Positions 18,232 through 27,438 of a stretch of 64,000 nt of DNA are shown piece after piece. Source of the DNA: Pedobacter sp. GTDB lineage: Bacteria; Bacteroidota; Bacteroidia; Sphingobacteriales; Sphingobacteriaceae. Below the pieces are notes generated by a model that did no database searches, was not told the DNA's origin, and worked only from the letters and a program-made list of their open reading frames with translations. Within the stretch, counting starts at the first letter, position 1, and each line of letters begins with the position of its first letter. The stretch spans positions 1,031-65,030 of the forward strand of contig NZ_JAZQNU010000050.1 in the NCBI RefSeq assembly GCF_045627485.1, given 5' to 3'. Position numbers and translations under genes: made by a program.

Positions 18232-21021
18232 ATGAAAACGCTTCTCCTCCTGTTACTTGCAAGCTCCTGCTATTGCTCAATTTATGCTCAAAACTCCAGT
18301 ATCGTTAAAGGATATGTGGTCGATACAGCTTACACTACCAGACTAGTCAACGCTTCAGTATCCGTATTAAATGCGAAAGACTCCACCTTAGTGAATTTTT
18401 CAAGGGTTAATAGTGCGGGTTCATTTCAAATTGGCGACCTGAAACCGGGCAAGTTTATTTTAATGGTTACCTATCCATCTTATGCTGATTATGTAGACCG
18501 CTTTCAGATAGACTCGACGACTAAGGAAAAAGATTTCGGTAAAATAAATCTTACGTTAAAAGCAAAACTTCTACATGATGTAATCATCCGCGGTACCGCT
18601 GGGGCTATTAAAATTAAAGGCGACACTACCGAATTTAACGCAGCAGCTTTTACTATCCAACCTAACTCAAAAGTAGAAGACCTGTTAAAACAGCTTCCTG
18701 GAATACAGGTGGATAAGGATGGCAAGATTACCGCCCAAGGTCAAACCGTGAGTAAGGTTTTGGTAGATGGAGAAGAATTTTTTGGCGATGATCCCACGTT
18801 GGTGACAAAAAATATCCGTGGCGACATGGTGGATAAAGTACAGCTATTTGATAAAAAAAGTGATCAGGCCACCTTCACCGGCATCGATGATGGCGTTCAA
18901 AACAAAACATTGAACATTAAGTTGAAGGAGGATAAAAAGCAAGGCTATTTCGGAAAGGTAGATTTAGGGGTAGGAACAGATGACATGTACGCCGGACAGG
19001 GCATGTTCAACTATTTTAAAGGGAAAAAGAAGTTTTCTGGTTATGGTACCCTTGGCAACACTGGTGTAATGGGCCTTGGTTGGGAAGATGGCAATAAATA
19101 TGGGGCCGCTTCGGGCATGCAATTTAACGATGATGGCATGATTTATATCAACAATAGTCAAGATGCGCTGGAATCCTTCAGTGGCAGATACAATGGCGAA
19201 GGTATTCCCGTGGCTAGAACGGGGGGGCTACATTATGATGCCAAATGGAACGATGAGAAAGAATCTATCAATACCAACTATAAAATTGGTTCACTTGATG
19301 TAACCGGCGAAAAGAATACCAGGACTCAGAATAACCTGCCCTCAGGATTAATCAGAAGCACTTCTGACCAAGTGTTCGACAACTTTGCTTTTCGTCAGAA
19401 ACTCGACGGGATCTACGAGATTAAACTCGATACAACCTCTTCCCTGAAAGTAAGTGTTGAGGGAACTTTGCGAAACAATGAGGCCATTAGCAACTACCAG
19501 TCCAGCAGTTCCAGGGGCAACGATGTACTGCTTAATACCGGTAACCGGGAAGTAAGTAATGATACAGATGAAAAAATCTTTAGGGCAACTGCTTTCTGGA
19601 ACAAAAGGTTTAAAAAAAAGGGCCGGAGTATTTCTCTAAATGTGAGTGGTAACCTCAACGAATCTGATGCCAATGGTTTCCTGAAGTCAGAAAATGGTTT
19701 CTATAATCAAAATGGATTATTAGATAGCACCAATGTAATCGATCAATATAAAGTAAATAATATATCCAGTAAAGTTTTCACCTCCAACCTTACCTATTCA
19801 GAACCGTTAAGCACAAATTTTTCTGTGGTGCTTAATTACGGACTGGGGATCAATAATGCCGATCAGGACAGGCGTTCTTACAATGCAGTTAGTCCTGGCC
19901 GATATACCCAGTTGGATAGCGCATTTAGTAACAATTACAAATTAGAGCAATTGTCTAATCAGGTTGGTGCCATTTTTAACTATAAAGGGGATAAAACCAT
20001 CATCAATTTTGGTACTAAGGTAAGTGCCGTTAATTTCGATCAGCTTGATGTTTACAGCGGTCAGCGAATGGAACGAAACTTTGCCAACTGGAACCCACAG
20101 GCCTGGTACCAATATAAGTTCTCGCAACAAAAATCCTTTCGTTTAAACTATTATGGGAGAACGAACCAACCTACCATAGACCAGATCCAACCAGTAAGGG
20201 TGAATACCGATCCGTTGAACGTTTTCATAGGAAACCCAGACCTGAGGCCCTCCTTTACCAACCAGGTTAGTGCAACCTTTAGTTCTTATAAGGTGTTAAG
20301 CCAGCGCAATATATGGTTAAGTGTTAATTATAGCACGACTAGTAACCCTATTGTGAGCAATACCCTAACTGATTCTGCTGGTAAAAACACCTATCAATCG
20401 ATAAATTTAAGTGGCAAGCAAACGTCTAATATAAACGCTTACATGGATTATGGCTTAAAGATTAAACCACTGGATATGTATTTGGGTTTTAATGCAAGTG
20501 CAAACGGCAATACTTATTACAACTATGTAAACAATGAACTGAATGAAACCAATACTTATTCATTAAATGGCGGTGTTTATATTTCAAAGAATAAGGTAAA
20601 AAAGTACAGCTTTTACTTGAGATGGAGTCCTAATTATCAGATAAGTGAGTCTTCCTTGCAGAGAAACCTAAACAACAATGGCTGGGGTTATAATGCAACA
20701 GGTTCGATTCAGGTCTTTTTACCGGGTAAAATGGAGCTCGGCACTGATGGTCAGTATCAATATAACGCGGCAACAGAGTCATTTAATGACGAATTTAAAA
20801 GGTTTATCTGGAATGCCGCCTTAACAAAGAAGTTCTTAAAAGCCGAGAATCTTCGCTTATCCTTATCAGGAAGAGACCTGCTTAACCAGAACAAGGGATT
20901 TAGCCGTTTTGCCTACGAAAACAGGTTTACAGAAACAAACACCACAACCATTAAGCGATATTTTATGGTTTCGTTAATATGGGATTTTAACAAAATGGGC
21001 GGAAGCGCTCCACAAAAATAG
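18232..21021 (+). CDS. Outer-membrane beta-barrel protein with N-terminal carboxypeptidase-regulatory-like domain (TonB-receptor-like)
   Basis: Signal peptide; VEDLLKQLPGI.VD.DG.IT.QG..V.KVLVDGEEFFG.DP plug-like motif; amphipathic beta strands ending in WDFNK. Confidence 0.85.
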   Translation: MKTLLLLLLASSCYCSIYAQNSSIVKGYVVDTAYTTRLVNASVSVLNAKDSTLVNFSRVNSAGSFQIGDLKPGKFILMVTYPSYADYVDRFQIDSTTKEKDFGKINLTLKAKLLHDVIIRGTAGAIKIKGDTTEFNAAAFTIQPNSKVEDLLKQLPGIQVDKDGKITAQGQTVSKVLVDGEEFFGDDPTLVTKNIRGDMVDKVQLFDKKSDQATFTGIDDGVQNKTLNIKLKEDKKQGYFGKVDLGVGTDDMYAGQGMFNYFKGKKKFSGYGTLGNTGVMGLGWEDGNKYGAASGMQFNDDGMIYINNSQDALESFSGRYNGEGIPVARTGGLHYDAKWNDEKESINTNYKIGSLDVTGEKNTRTQNNLPSGLIRSTSDQVFDNFAFRQKLDGIYEIKLDTTSSLKVSVEGTLRNNEAISNYQSSSSRGNDVLLNTGNREVSNDTDEKIFRATAFWNKRFKKKGRSISLNVSGNLNESDANGFLKSENGFYNQNGLLDSTNVIDQYKVNNISSKVFTSNLTYSEPLSTNFSVVLNYGLGINNADQDRRSYNAVSPGRYTQLDSAFSNNYKLEQLSNQVGAIFNYKGDKTIINFGTKVSAVNFDQLDVYSGQRMERNFANWNPQAWYQYKFSQQKSFRLNYYGRTNQPTIDQIQPVRVNTDPLNVFIGNPDLRPSFTNQVSATFSSYKVLSQRNIWLSVNYSTTSNPIVSNTLTDSAGKNTYQSINLSGKQTSNINAYMDYGLKIKPLDMYLGFNASANGNTYYNYVNNELNETNTYSLNGGVYISKNKVKKYSFYLRWSPNYQISESSLQRNLNNNGWGYNATGSIQVFLPGKMELGTDGQYQYNAATESFNDEFKRFIWNAALTKKFLKAENLRLSLSGRDLLNQNKGFSRFAYENRFTETNTTTIKRYFMVSLIWDFNKMGGSAPQK

Positions 21022-21026
21022 ACATC

Positions 21027-21806
21027 ATGAAATCTAAATATATCCTTAGCACTTTACTTTTTTTCAGCACTTTTCATACTTGTTTTGCGCAAAACGTACG
21101 TTTCCCTACGGAGGGCGTAATTGAGTATACAAAAACAGTGAATATGCATGCCCTGATTAAAAAGAACATTGCAAGCTTAAATAATAGCATGTATCAACAG
21201 GCGTATGAAGCTTACAAGAAGTCGCAGCCGCAATTTAAGACATTGAAGAGTACCTTAACGTTTGGAAGGAACAAGACGCTGTTTTCACCGCTGGCTGAAA
21301 AGCAAACAGCCTCAAATGGTTTTTTTGGCGACGAGCCTGCTGCTAAGCAGATCAATACCATTTTTAATGACCTGGGGGCAGGATTGACTACCAGTCAGAA
21401 GTTGGTTTACGAAGATACCTTCCTGGTTAAGGATTCAACGAGGAAAATTACCTGGAAAATCACAGATGAAATGCGTGAAATAGCTGGTTACAATTGCCGT
21501 AGGGCCAATGCCATTATTTTGGATTCTATTTATGTGGTGGCCTTTTACACCGATCAGATTCCCGTATCGGGTGGTCCAGAATCCTTTTCTGGTTTACCGG
21601 GAATGATTTTGGGGGTGGCCCTGCCACATGAGAACACCACCTGGTTTGCCAGCAAGGTAACAGATGCTGCTGTACCGGCAAATATCCTGGTGGCTCCCAC
21701 AAAAGGGAAAGCCATGGACGTTAAAGGCTTCAGAATATTTGTTACTGATGCACTGAAAAGTTGGGGTGATTATGCTAAATCAGCTTTAAAAGCTTTTATG
21801 CTTTAA
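21027..21806 (+). CDS. GLPGLI family protein
   Basis: Signal peptide; WKITDEMREIAGYNCRRA, FYTDQIPVSGGPESFSGLPGMILGV. Confidence 0.93.
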   Translation: MKSKYILSTLLFFSTFHTCFAQNVRFPTEGVIEYTKTVNMHALIKKNIASLNNSMYQQAYEAYKKSQPQFKTLKSTLTFGRNKTLFSPLAEKQTASNGFFGDEPAAKQINTIFNDLGAGLTTSQKLVYEDTFLVKDSTRKITWKITDEMREIAGYNCRRANAIILDSIYVVAFYTDQIPVSGGPESFSGLPGMILGVALPHENTTWFASKVTDAAVPANILVAPTKGKAMDVKGFRIFVTDALKSWGDYAKSALKAFML

Positions 21807-21973
21807 TAGGGGCGGTTAAAACGAATACCTGGTTGGCATTATACTTGCACATTTTTTTATGTATAGCATCTGTGGTAATTAAAATAGGACTTTGCCGTTT
21901 CATGAAGTGAACAATGTTCAAATTTAACATAGAGATGCTTTTTGAATAAATTGTGTTGCCTATTTTTGAGAAT

Positions 21974-23119
21974 ATGTTAACTGTTAAAAATTTTACCTCC
22001 AAACCAGTTTTAAAAAAAGGCGTTCCTGATGATAATTTTAAGATCCAATCCTTGCCAGCCCCGGCAGGGAACTATCCTTATCACCTTAATCTCCCAATGC
22101 CCGAAACAGAACAAGAAGGTAACCGATTAGTGTTTAATATGGTAGGTGATACTGGTGGCATCAAGTCTCCTGCCTTCCAAAAGCAAATAGCTGAAGCAAT
22201 GGGGAAACAGGTAACTGAAGGTGATTATCCAAGCCAGTTCCTCTACCACCTGGGAGATATTGTGTATCACTTCGGCGAGAAGGAACAATATGAGGTGCAG
22301 TTTTTTGAGCCTTACAAAACTTATCCCGCGCCAATTTATGCCATTGCGGGAAACCATGATGCTGATGTAAATCCGAACAACCCCATCCCTTACCATAGTC
22401 TGGATGCTTTTACTTCTGTTTTCTGTGAAAAACGTGAAGGAGATCATTACTTTTCAGGCAATGTACAACGCAAAAACCAGCACCAGCCTAATATTTACTG
22501 GACACTCAATACTGAACTCGCAACGATTATAGGCCTATACAGTAATGTTCCCAAATTTGGTTACATCTGTGCTGAACAACGGGATTGGTTTATCAAAGAA
22601 CTCATACGTGCGGGAGAAATGAATGAGGAGAAGGCAGTCATTGTATGTTTACACCATTCGCCGTACTCGGCCGATACCAACCATGGTTCCAGTATGGCCA
22701 TGATTGCTTTTTTAGATGGTGCTTTTGAGGAAGCCGGTGTATGGCCCGACATCGTGTTCAGCGGTCATGTGCATAACTACCAGCATTTTCTAAAAACCTA
22801 TAAAAACAATAGAACTGTTCCATTTATTGTGGCCGGTGCCGGTGGGTTTGATGAATTACATAACCTGGCTACGGTAGAAGATAGTAACTTCATTTCAGAG
22901 AACCCGCTGTTTGATGATGTAGAGCTCCTTAAGTACAGTTTGAGCCAGCATGGCTTTTTGAAGGTGATCCTTGAAAAAACGGAACAGTCATTTTTATTGA
23001 CCTGTGAGTATTATACCATGGCCCATGTGGTAACGGACGAACCTACTGTAACTTTGCACGACCAGTTTAGTGTCGATCTGCGTTCAGCAAACCGCTTAAG
23101 TCATCAATTGCATGCCTAA
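21974..23119 (+). CDS. Calcineurin-like metallophosphoesterase
   Basis: GDTGG, GDIVY, GNHD, HH, SGHVH motifs. Start position is uncertain. Confidence 0.9.
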   Translation: MLTVKNFTSKPVLKKGVPDDNFKIQSLPAPAGNYPYHLNLPMPETEQEGNRLVFNMVGDTGGIKSPAFQKQIAEAMGKQVTEGDYPSQFLYHLGDIVYHFGEKEQYEVQFFEPYKTYPAPIYAIAGNHDADVNPNNPIPYHSLDAFTSVFCEKREGDHYFSGNVQRKNQHQPNIYWTLNTELATIIGLYSNVPKFGYICAEQRDWFIKELIRAGEMNEEKAVIVCLHHSPYSADTNHGSSMAMIAFLDGAFEEAGVWPDIVFSGHVHNYQHFLKTYKNNRTVPFIVAGAGGFDELHNLATVEDSNFISENPLFDDVELLKYSLSQHGFLKVILEKTEQSFLLTCEYYTMAHVVTDEPTVTLHDQFSVDLRSANRLSHQLHA

Positions 23120-23377
23120 CTTAGTCATCTCTTTGGTGATAAAAAGACTAATTTCTTCACTAACATCGTTGGCAATGTGCCAGCGTAATTGATTTTTGTT
23201 GTTATAGCTGAGGTAAATCACCACATCCTCAAAAATAGGTTCTACATATTCTAAATGACGCAGACTGAAATGCTGAAGCTCTGCAGCTTTTTCCAATAGC
23301 TTCTGGTTCAGTATCTTAAAGAACAAGTGGTTGTCCGCATTTTCTTTAAGCAGTGTGGTCTGTACGGTAATGATCAA
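23096..23377 (-). CDS. Hypothetical protein
   Basis: 93-aa ORF with a TATATTTA -7-like element upstream; convergent overlap with the phosphoesterase end. Confidence 0.65.
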   Translation of the reverse strand: MIITVQTTLLKENADNHLFFKILNQKLLEKAAELQHFSLRHLEYVEPIFEDVVIYLSYNNKNQLRWHIANDVSEEISLFITKEMTKLGMQLMT

Positions 23378-23449
23378 GATTCGCGGTTTTTAATGCTCAT
23401 GTAAATATAGGTTAAGTTTACAAATGTTATCTTCGGCAAAAAAATATTT

Positions 23450-24142
23450 ATGCTTGAAATTGTTTACCAGGACGAACATTTAATTGCTATCAATAAACCA
23501 CACGGCTTATTGGTGCACCGATCGGTGATTGCTAACGATGCAAAGGAGTTTGCTTTGCAGCTGTTAAGGGATCAGATCAACCGTCGGGTGAGTCCGGTAC
23601 ATCGTTTGGATAGAAAAACCAGCGGATTGCTGCTGTTTGCTTTTGAAAAAGATGTGGAAATTGCCATGCACAAACAATTTCAGGAAGGCCTGGTGCAAAA
23701 ACGCTATAAAGCGGTTTTAAGGGGGTATTCGCCAGATAGCCTGGATATTGACTATCCCTTAACAAATGATAATGGGGTAGTGCAGGAGTCTTTTACTTCT
23801 TTTAGAACACTTGCCCGCGCAGAGCTTAAGGTAGCATTTGGTAAACACGAAACCAGCCGTTATTCTTTTGTGGAAGCTGCCCCAACAACTGGCCGTATGC
23901 ACCAGTTGAGAAAACACTTTGCCCATATATTTTATCCCATCATCGGCGATCGCAAACATGGTTGTAATAAACAGAACAAGTTTTTTAAAGAGCAGTGGGA
24001 TATGACCACGATGTTGCTTCACGCATCAGAGCTGGAGTTCCTGCACCCGGTAACAGGGGAGGAAATCCAGCTCCAAGCCCCGCTACATGATGAATTTAAG
24101 CGGGTAATGACGTTAATGAGTTGGGAAGCGTTTAGCGCATAA
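23450..24142 (+). CDS. truC: RluA-family pseudouridine synthase, TruC-like
   Basis: AINKPHGLLVHRS, HRLDRKTSG catalytic motif, TGRMHQLRKH, IIGD.KHG. Confidence 0.85.
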   Translation: MLEIVYQDEHLIAINKPHGLLVHRSVIANDAKEFALQLLRDQINRRVSPVHRLDRKTSGLLLFAFEKDVEIAMHKQFQEGLVQKRYKAVLRGYSPDSLDIDYPLTNDNGVVQESFTSFRTLARAELKVAFGKHETSRYSFVEAAPTTGRMHQLRKHFAHIFYPIIGDRKHGCNKQNKFFKEQWDMTTMLLHASELEFLHPVTGEEIQLQAPLHDEFKRVMTLMSWEAFSA

Positions 24143-25910
24143 CTAATTTATTTAAGGTCAGTTCTGCTTCTGCCAGTTGCTGTTGTATTTCCTCCACAGC
24201 ATGCTGGGTCTGTAATTTTAACGCCGGAACAAGTGTTTTATAATAATTGATGCCTTCTTGTAATTGCTGACTAAACTTGTTAAAGTATTTGGCTTTTTTG
24301 TCGTTCAGGTTGTCCATGTGTAAAGCCATGTCTTTCTTTAAATAGTCCAGGTACAAGTTTAATTCATTAATAAAAAGGTTTGGCCTGTTTACTTCAGCCA
24401 GTAAGTTTACGCGTCCATAAATGTGGTTAATCATTTCCGGTAATGTGTATTTGCCTGAGAAATAAGCAAGGTTAGGTCCCGGACAGATGCTTACCGCTTC
24501 GCTTTCTTTCGGTTTCAACATGTGGTTCTTTAAATAAGTAGAAGCACATAAACCTTCGCATAAACACACTTTTTCCAATACGGAATTAACTTGTCGCTGG
24601 TATTCCGCTTCCGGAAGATCCAAAGATTTTAATTGTTCGGTTTTTAAATGTTGGTATTCGCGGGAAGCTGTACAGATGGGTTCTGCTGTAAACTCAGTAT
24701 TGCTCACTAAAAGCTTTTTTTTACACGGGCTTCCCGGCCTTCCTTTGGCTATACGTTCCAAACGCAGGGTTTCGGCAGTGCTTTTAGAGAAATTGTTAAA
24801 CAATACGCCTAATGGGGAGGAATTGCTCAGGTAAAAGTCTTTTTCTTCTGCCGTAATTAAGGCATCTAAGGTTTGATCATCGACGTTTGTAGCTTCAGGA
24901 ACCAGTAAAAACGGACTTCCCCAGCCTGCAGCATCCAATTGGTAGTGGTTAAGCAAGAAGTTATGTTCTTCAGCTGTTCCTATGCCACCCTGAACTGTAA
25001 TGTGTTGTGTGCGTTTTGATGCTGCTTTCAAACCTTTGTTTTCAAGTGCTACTGTATAAAGTTTCCAAAGCTCTTCAGCAAGCTCCGTTCTTTTCTGTTT
25101 AAATTCTTCCAGTATCGGACCCATTAAAAAACCATCCGTTGCGAAGGCATGCCCGCCACAGTTTAATCCTGATTCCACTCTGAATTCGGAAATCCACAAA
25201 CCTCTTTTCGCCAGCATCTTTGCCTGAATATAAGCAGAGCGGTAATCACTCACTTTCAGGATGATCTTTTTAGCAGGCTCCCCATCTTCAGCATAAAATG
25301 CAGGACAACGCTCCATATAAGCAAACAAGCGTGGATTAAGTCCTGCAGAGATGATGATGGATGCCGCCAGATTACTTTCTGTAAAGCCACGCATCGCAGC
25401 CAGTGCATCTGAGTAATCGTCGCCTAAGGGTTCGTTTTGCTTGTTGAAATTATTTTTGTCAACCTTAGACATGATGTTCACGTCGATAGAACCTGCGGTA
25501 ATTTGAATTTTTAGTGCTTCTAAAGCTAATAAACATTCATCTTCAGGTAAAAGCATTGCCGCGTGGTACTGTTGTTTTAAAATAGCATTTTCGGGCAATA
25601 ACTGGAAATAGCGGGTTAATTCGCTATCAGGTGTAAATGCTTGCTGCTTGATGTCGGCAATCTGCCGGTTCACCAACACGTGTAATAAATTAAGGTAGGT
25701 GGTAATTCTCTTCGCGCGACTGTCTTCTTCTTTTACGGTAATTGGTGTATAAGGTATATCGTTGTGCACCGCATGGTATTTCCGCATCCGCTCTGTCAGT
25801 TCGTCATCAACGATAGAGACGACAGAAGAGATGCCATATTTAGCAACTTTTAAAGGTGTATCAATGGAATAACCTAAACCGAGAACAGGGATGTGAAAAG
25901 TATGTGTCAT
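24132..25910 (-). CDS. Uncharacterised protein; divergent FMN TIM-barrel of the NMO/FabK/FabX type with a Cys-rich C-terminal region
   Basis: Motif series IPVLGLGYS, DVNIMSK, IISAGL, LKVSDYRSA, VESGLNCGGHAF, QGGIGT, GWGSPFL, SPLG, CLCEGLC, CPGPN. Start placed at MTHTFHIP (25910). Confidence 0.7.
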   Translation of the reverse strand: MTHTFHIPVLGLGYSIDTPLKVAKYGISSVVSIVDDELTERMRKYHAVHNDIPYTPITVKEEDSRAKRITTYLNLLHVLVNRQIADIKQQAFTPDSELTRYFQLLPENAILKQQYHAAMLLPEDECLLALEALKIQITAGSIDVNIMSKVDKNNFNKQNEPLGDDYSDALAAMRGFTESNLAASIIISAGLNPRLFAYMERCPAFYAEDGEPAKKIILKVSDYRSAYIQAKMLAKRGLWISEFRVESGLNCGGHAFATDGFLMGPILEEFKQKRTELAEELWKLYTVALENKGLKAASKRTQHITVQGGIGTAEEHNFLLNHYQLDAAGWGSPFLLVPEATNVDDQTLDALITAEEKDFYLSNSSPLGVLFNNFSKSTAETLRLERIAKGRPGSPCKKKLLVSNTEFTAEPICTASREYQHLKTEQLKSLDLPEAEYQRQVNSVLEKVCLCEGLCASTYLKNHMLKPKESEAVSICPGPNLAYFSGKYTLPEMINHIYGRVNLLAEVNRPNLFINELNLYLDYLKKDMALHMDNLNDKKAKYFNKFSQQLQEGINYYKTLVPALKLQTQHAVEEIQQQLAEAELTLNKLVMR

Positions 25911-25965
25911 GTTGAAAATTGTCATTAATAATCACAAAGAAGCATACAAAATTTACTTAAAAACA

Positions 25966-25977
25966 TGACCGGCATCA
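25966..25977. promoter_or_regulatory. Fnr-type box TGAC-CGGC-ATCA
   Basis: TGAY-N4-RTCA match 55 nt upstream of ORF 25910; differs by 1 nt from the box at 28492. Confidence 0.65.
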
Positions 25978-26253
25978 CATCATTTTATGTCATTCGCTAC
26001 AGTTTGAGTAGGACTAATATTTTGGATGATGAAAAATAATATACTCGTCAATTGAATTTACCATTGGTCTTTTACACGAGTATAAGCAACGAGAAAGGGA
26101 TTTTGAAATGCTGATGCAAACAGAATGAGAAAAATGAACTTCCTTACTGCCGTAAGGCGTAAAAATGCATAAAAATCTACTTTTCGCAAATAGTACTTCA
26201 GTATGCCAATTAATTAAGCCCGATAAAAGCTTTATATTTGTAAAAATCTAAGT

Positions 26254-27438
26254 ATGGAACAAGGAAGGCTTTTAAACGCAATTATAGATAATGCTATTGA
26301 TGGCATTCTTACAATTGATAATAAAGGCGTCATAGAAAGTATCAATCCAGCGGCTTTAAAGCTTTTTGGCTACAAACAGGAGGAAGTGCTAGGGAGGAAC
26401 ATTAGTGTATTAATGCCAGAACCCGATAAAAGTGCACACGATGGTTACCTGCATCGTTATCAGCGTACAGGCGAAAAACGCATTATCGGGATTGGCCGTG
26501 AAGTTCGTGGACTGCGAAAGGACGGTTCTACTTTTCCTTTTCGTTTGGCCGTTAGTGAAGTCCAATACTTAGATCGAATTATTTACACCGGATTTATTCA
26601 CGATTTATCTAAAGAAAAGGAAGCAGAGGAACGTTTACGCGAATATGCCGCAGAACTGGAAGAACTTGTGGAGGAAAGGACCCGTTCGTTAAAGAAAACG
26701 GTTGTTGCCCTAAAGGAAGCGAAAGAGGAAGTGAGTTTATCGCTTGTTAAGGAAAAGGAACTTAACCAAATGAAAAGCCGTTTTGTGTCTATGGCTTCGC
26801 ACGAATTCCGCACACCACTCAGTTCCGTGCAGCTTTCTGCATCTCTCATTGAAAAATATGCCCAACCTTTTCAGAATCCCAACATCAGTAAACATGTTGG
26901 AAAAATTAAAAATGCTGTGGGCAACCTAACCACTATCCTAAACGACTTCCTGTCATTGGAGCGCCTGGAAGCAGGCAACGTAGAACCTACCTTCAGCACC
27001 TTTGATGTGGTTAAGTTTTCGGAGGAGGTTACCGAAGAAATGCAGATGATTGCTAAGCAGGATCAAAATATCATCTACCAGCATACCGGTATTCAAAGTA
27101 TGGTAGAGCTGGATCAGAATTTATTAAGAAACTGCATGATCAACCTGATTAGTAATGCCATTAAATATTCAGGAGAAAATACTTTTATAGAATTTAATAC
27201 TGAGATTACTGACAGCGAGTATTTTTTTATGATCAAAGACAATGGCATTGGCATTCCCCTAACAGACCAGGTACATTTGTTTGAACCATTTTTCAGGGCC
27301 AATAATACAGGTAGCATTCCAGGTACAGGCCTTGGTTTAAACATTGTTTTGCGTTATGCCACCCTGATGAACGGTAAAGTTCATTTTGAAAGCACCATTA
27401 ATAAAGGAACAACATTTATACTTTCTTTTCCAAAATAG
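26254..27438 (+). CDS. FixL-type heme-PAS sensor histidine kinase
   Basis: LMPEPDKSAHDGYLHRY..IIGIGREVRGLRKDGSTFP closely follows the FixL heme-PAS pattern, with the proximal His and distal Arg positions kept. H-box ASHEFRTPL; HATPase boxes. -7 element TATATTTG upstream. Confidence 0.9.
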   Translation: MEQGRLLNAIIDNAIDGILTIDNKGVIESINPAALKLFGYKQEEVLGRNISVLMPEPDKSAHDGYLHRYQRTGEKRIIGIGREVRGLRKDGSTFPFRLAVSEVQYLDRIIYTGFIHDLSKEKEAEERLREYAAELEELVEERTRSLKKTVVALKEAKEEVSLSLVKEKELNQMKSRFVSMASHEFRTPLSSVQLSASLIEKYAQPFQNPNISKHVGKIKNAVGNLTTILNDFLSLERLEAGNVEPTFSTFDVVKFSEEVTEEMQMIAKQDQNIIYQHTGIQSMVELDQNLLRNCMINLISNAIKYSGENTFIEFNTEITDSEYFFMIKDNGIGIPLTDQVHLFEPFFRANNTGSIPGTGLGLNIVLRYATLMNGKVHFESTINKGTTFILSFPK

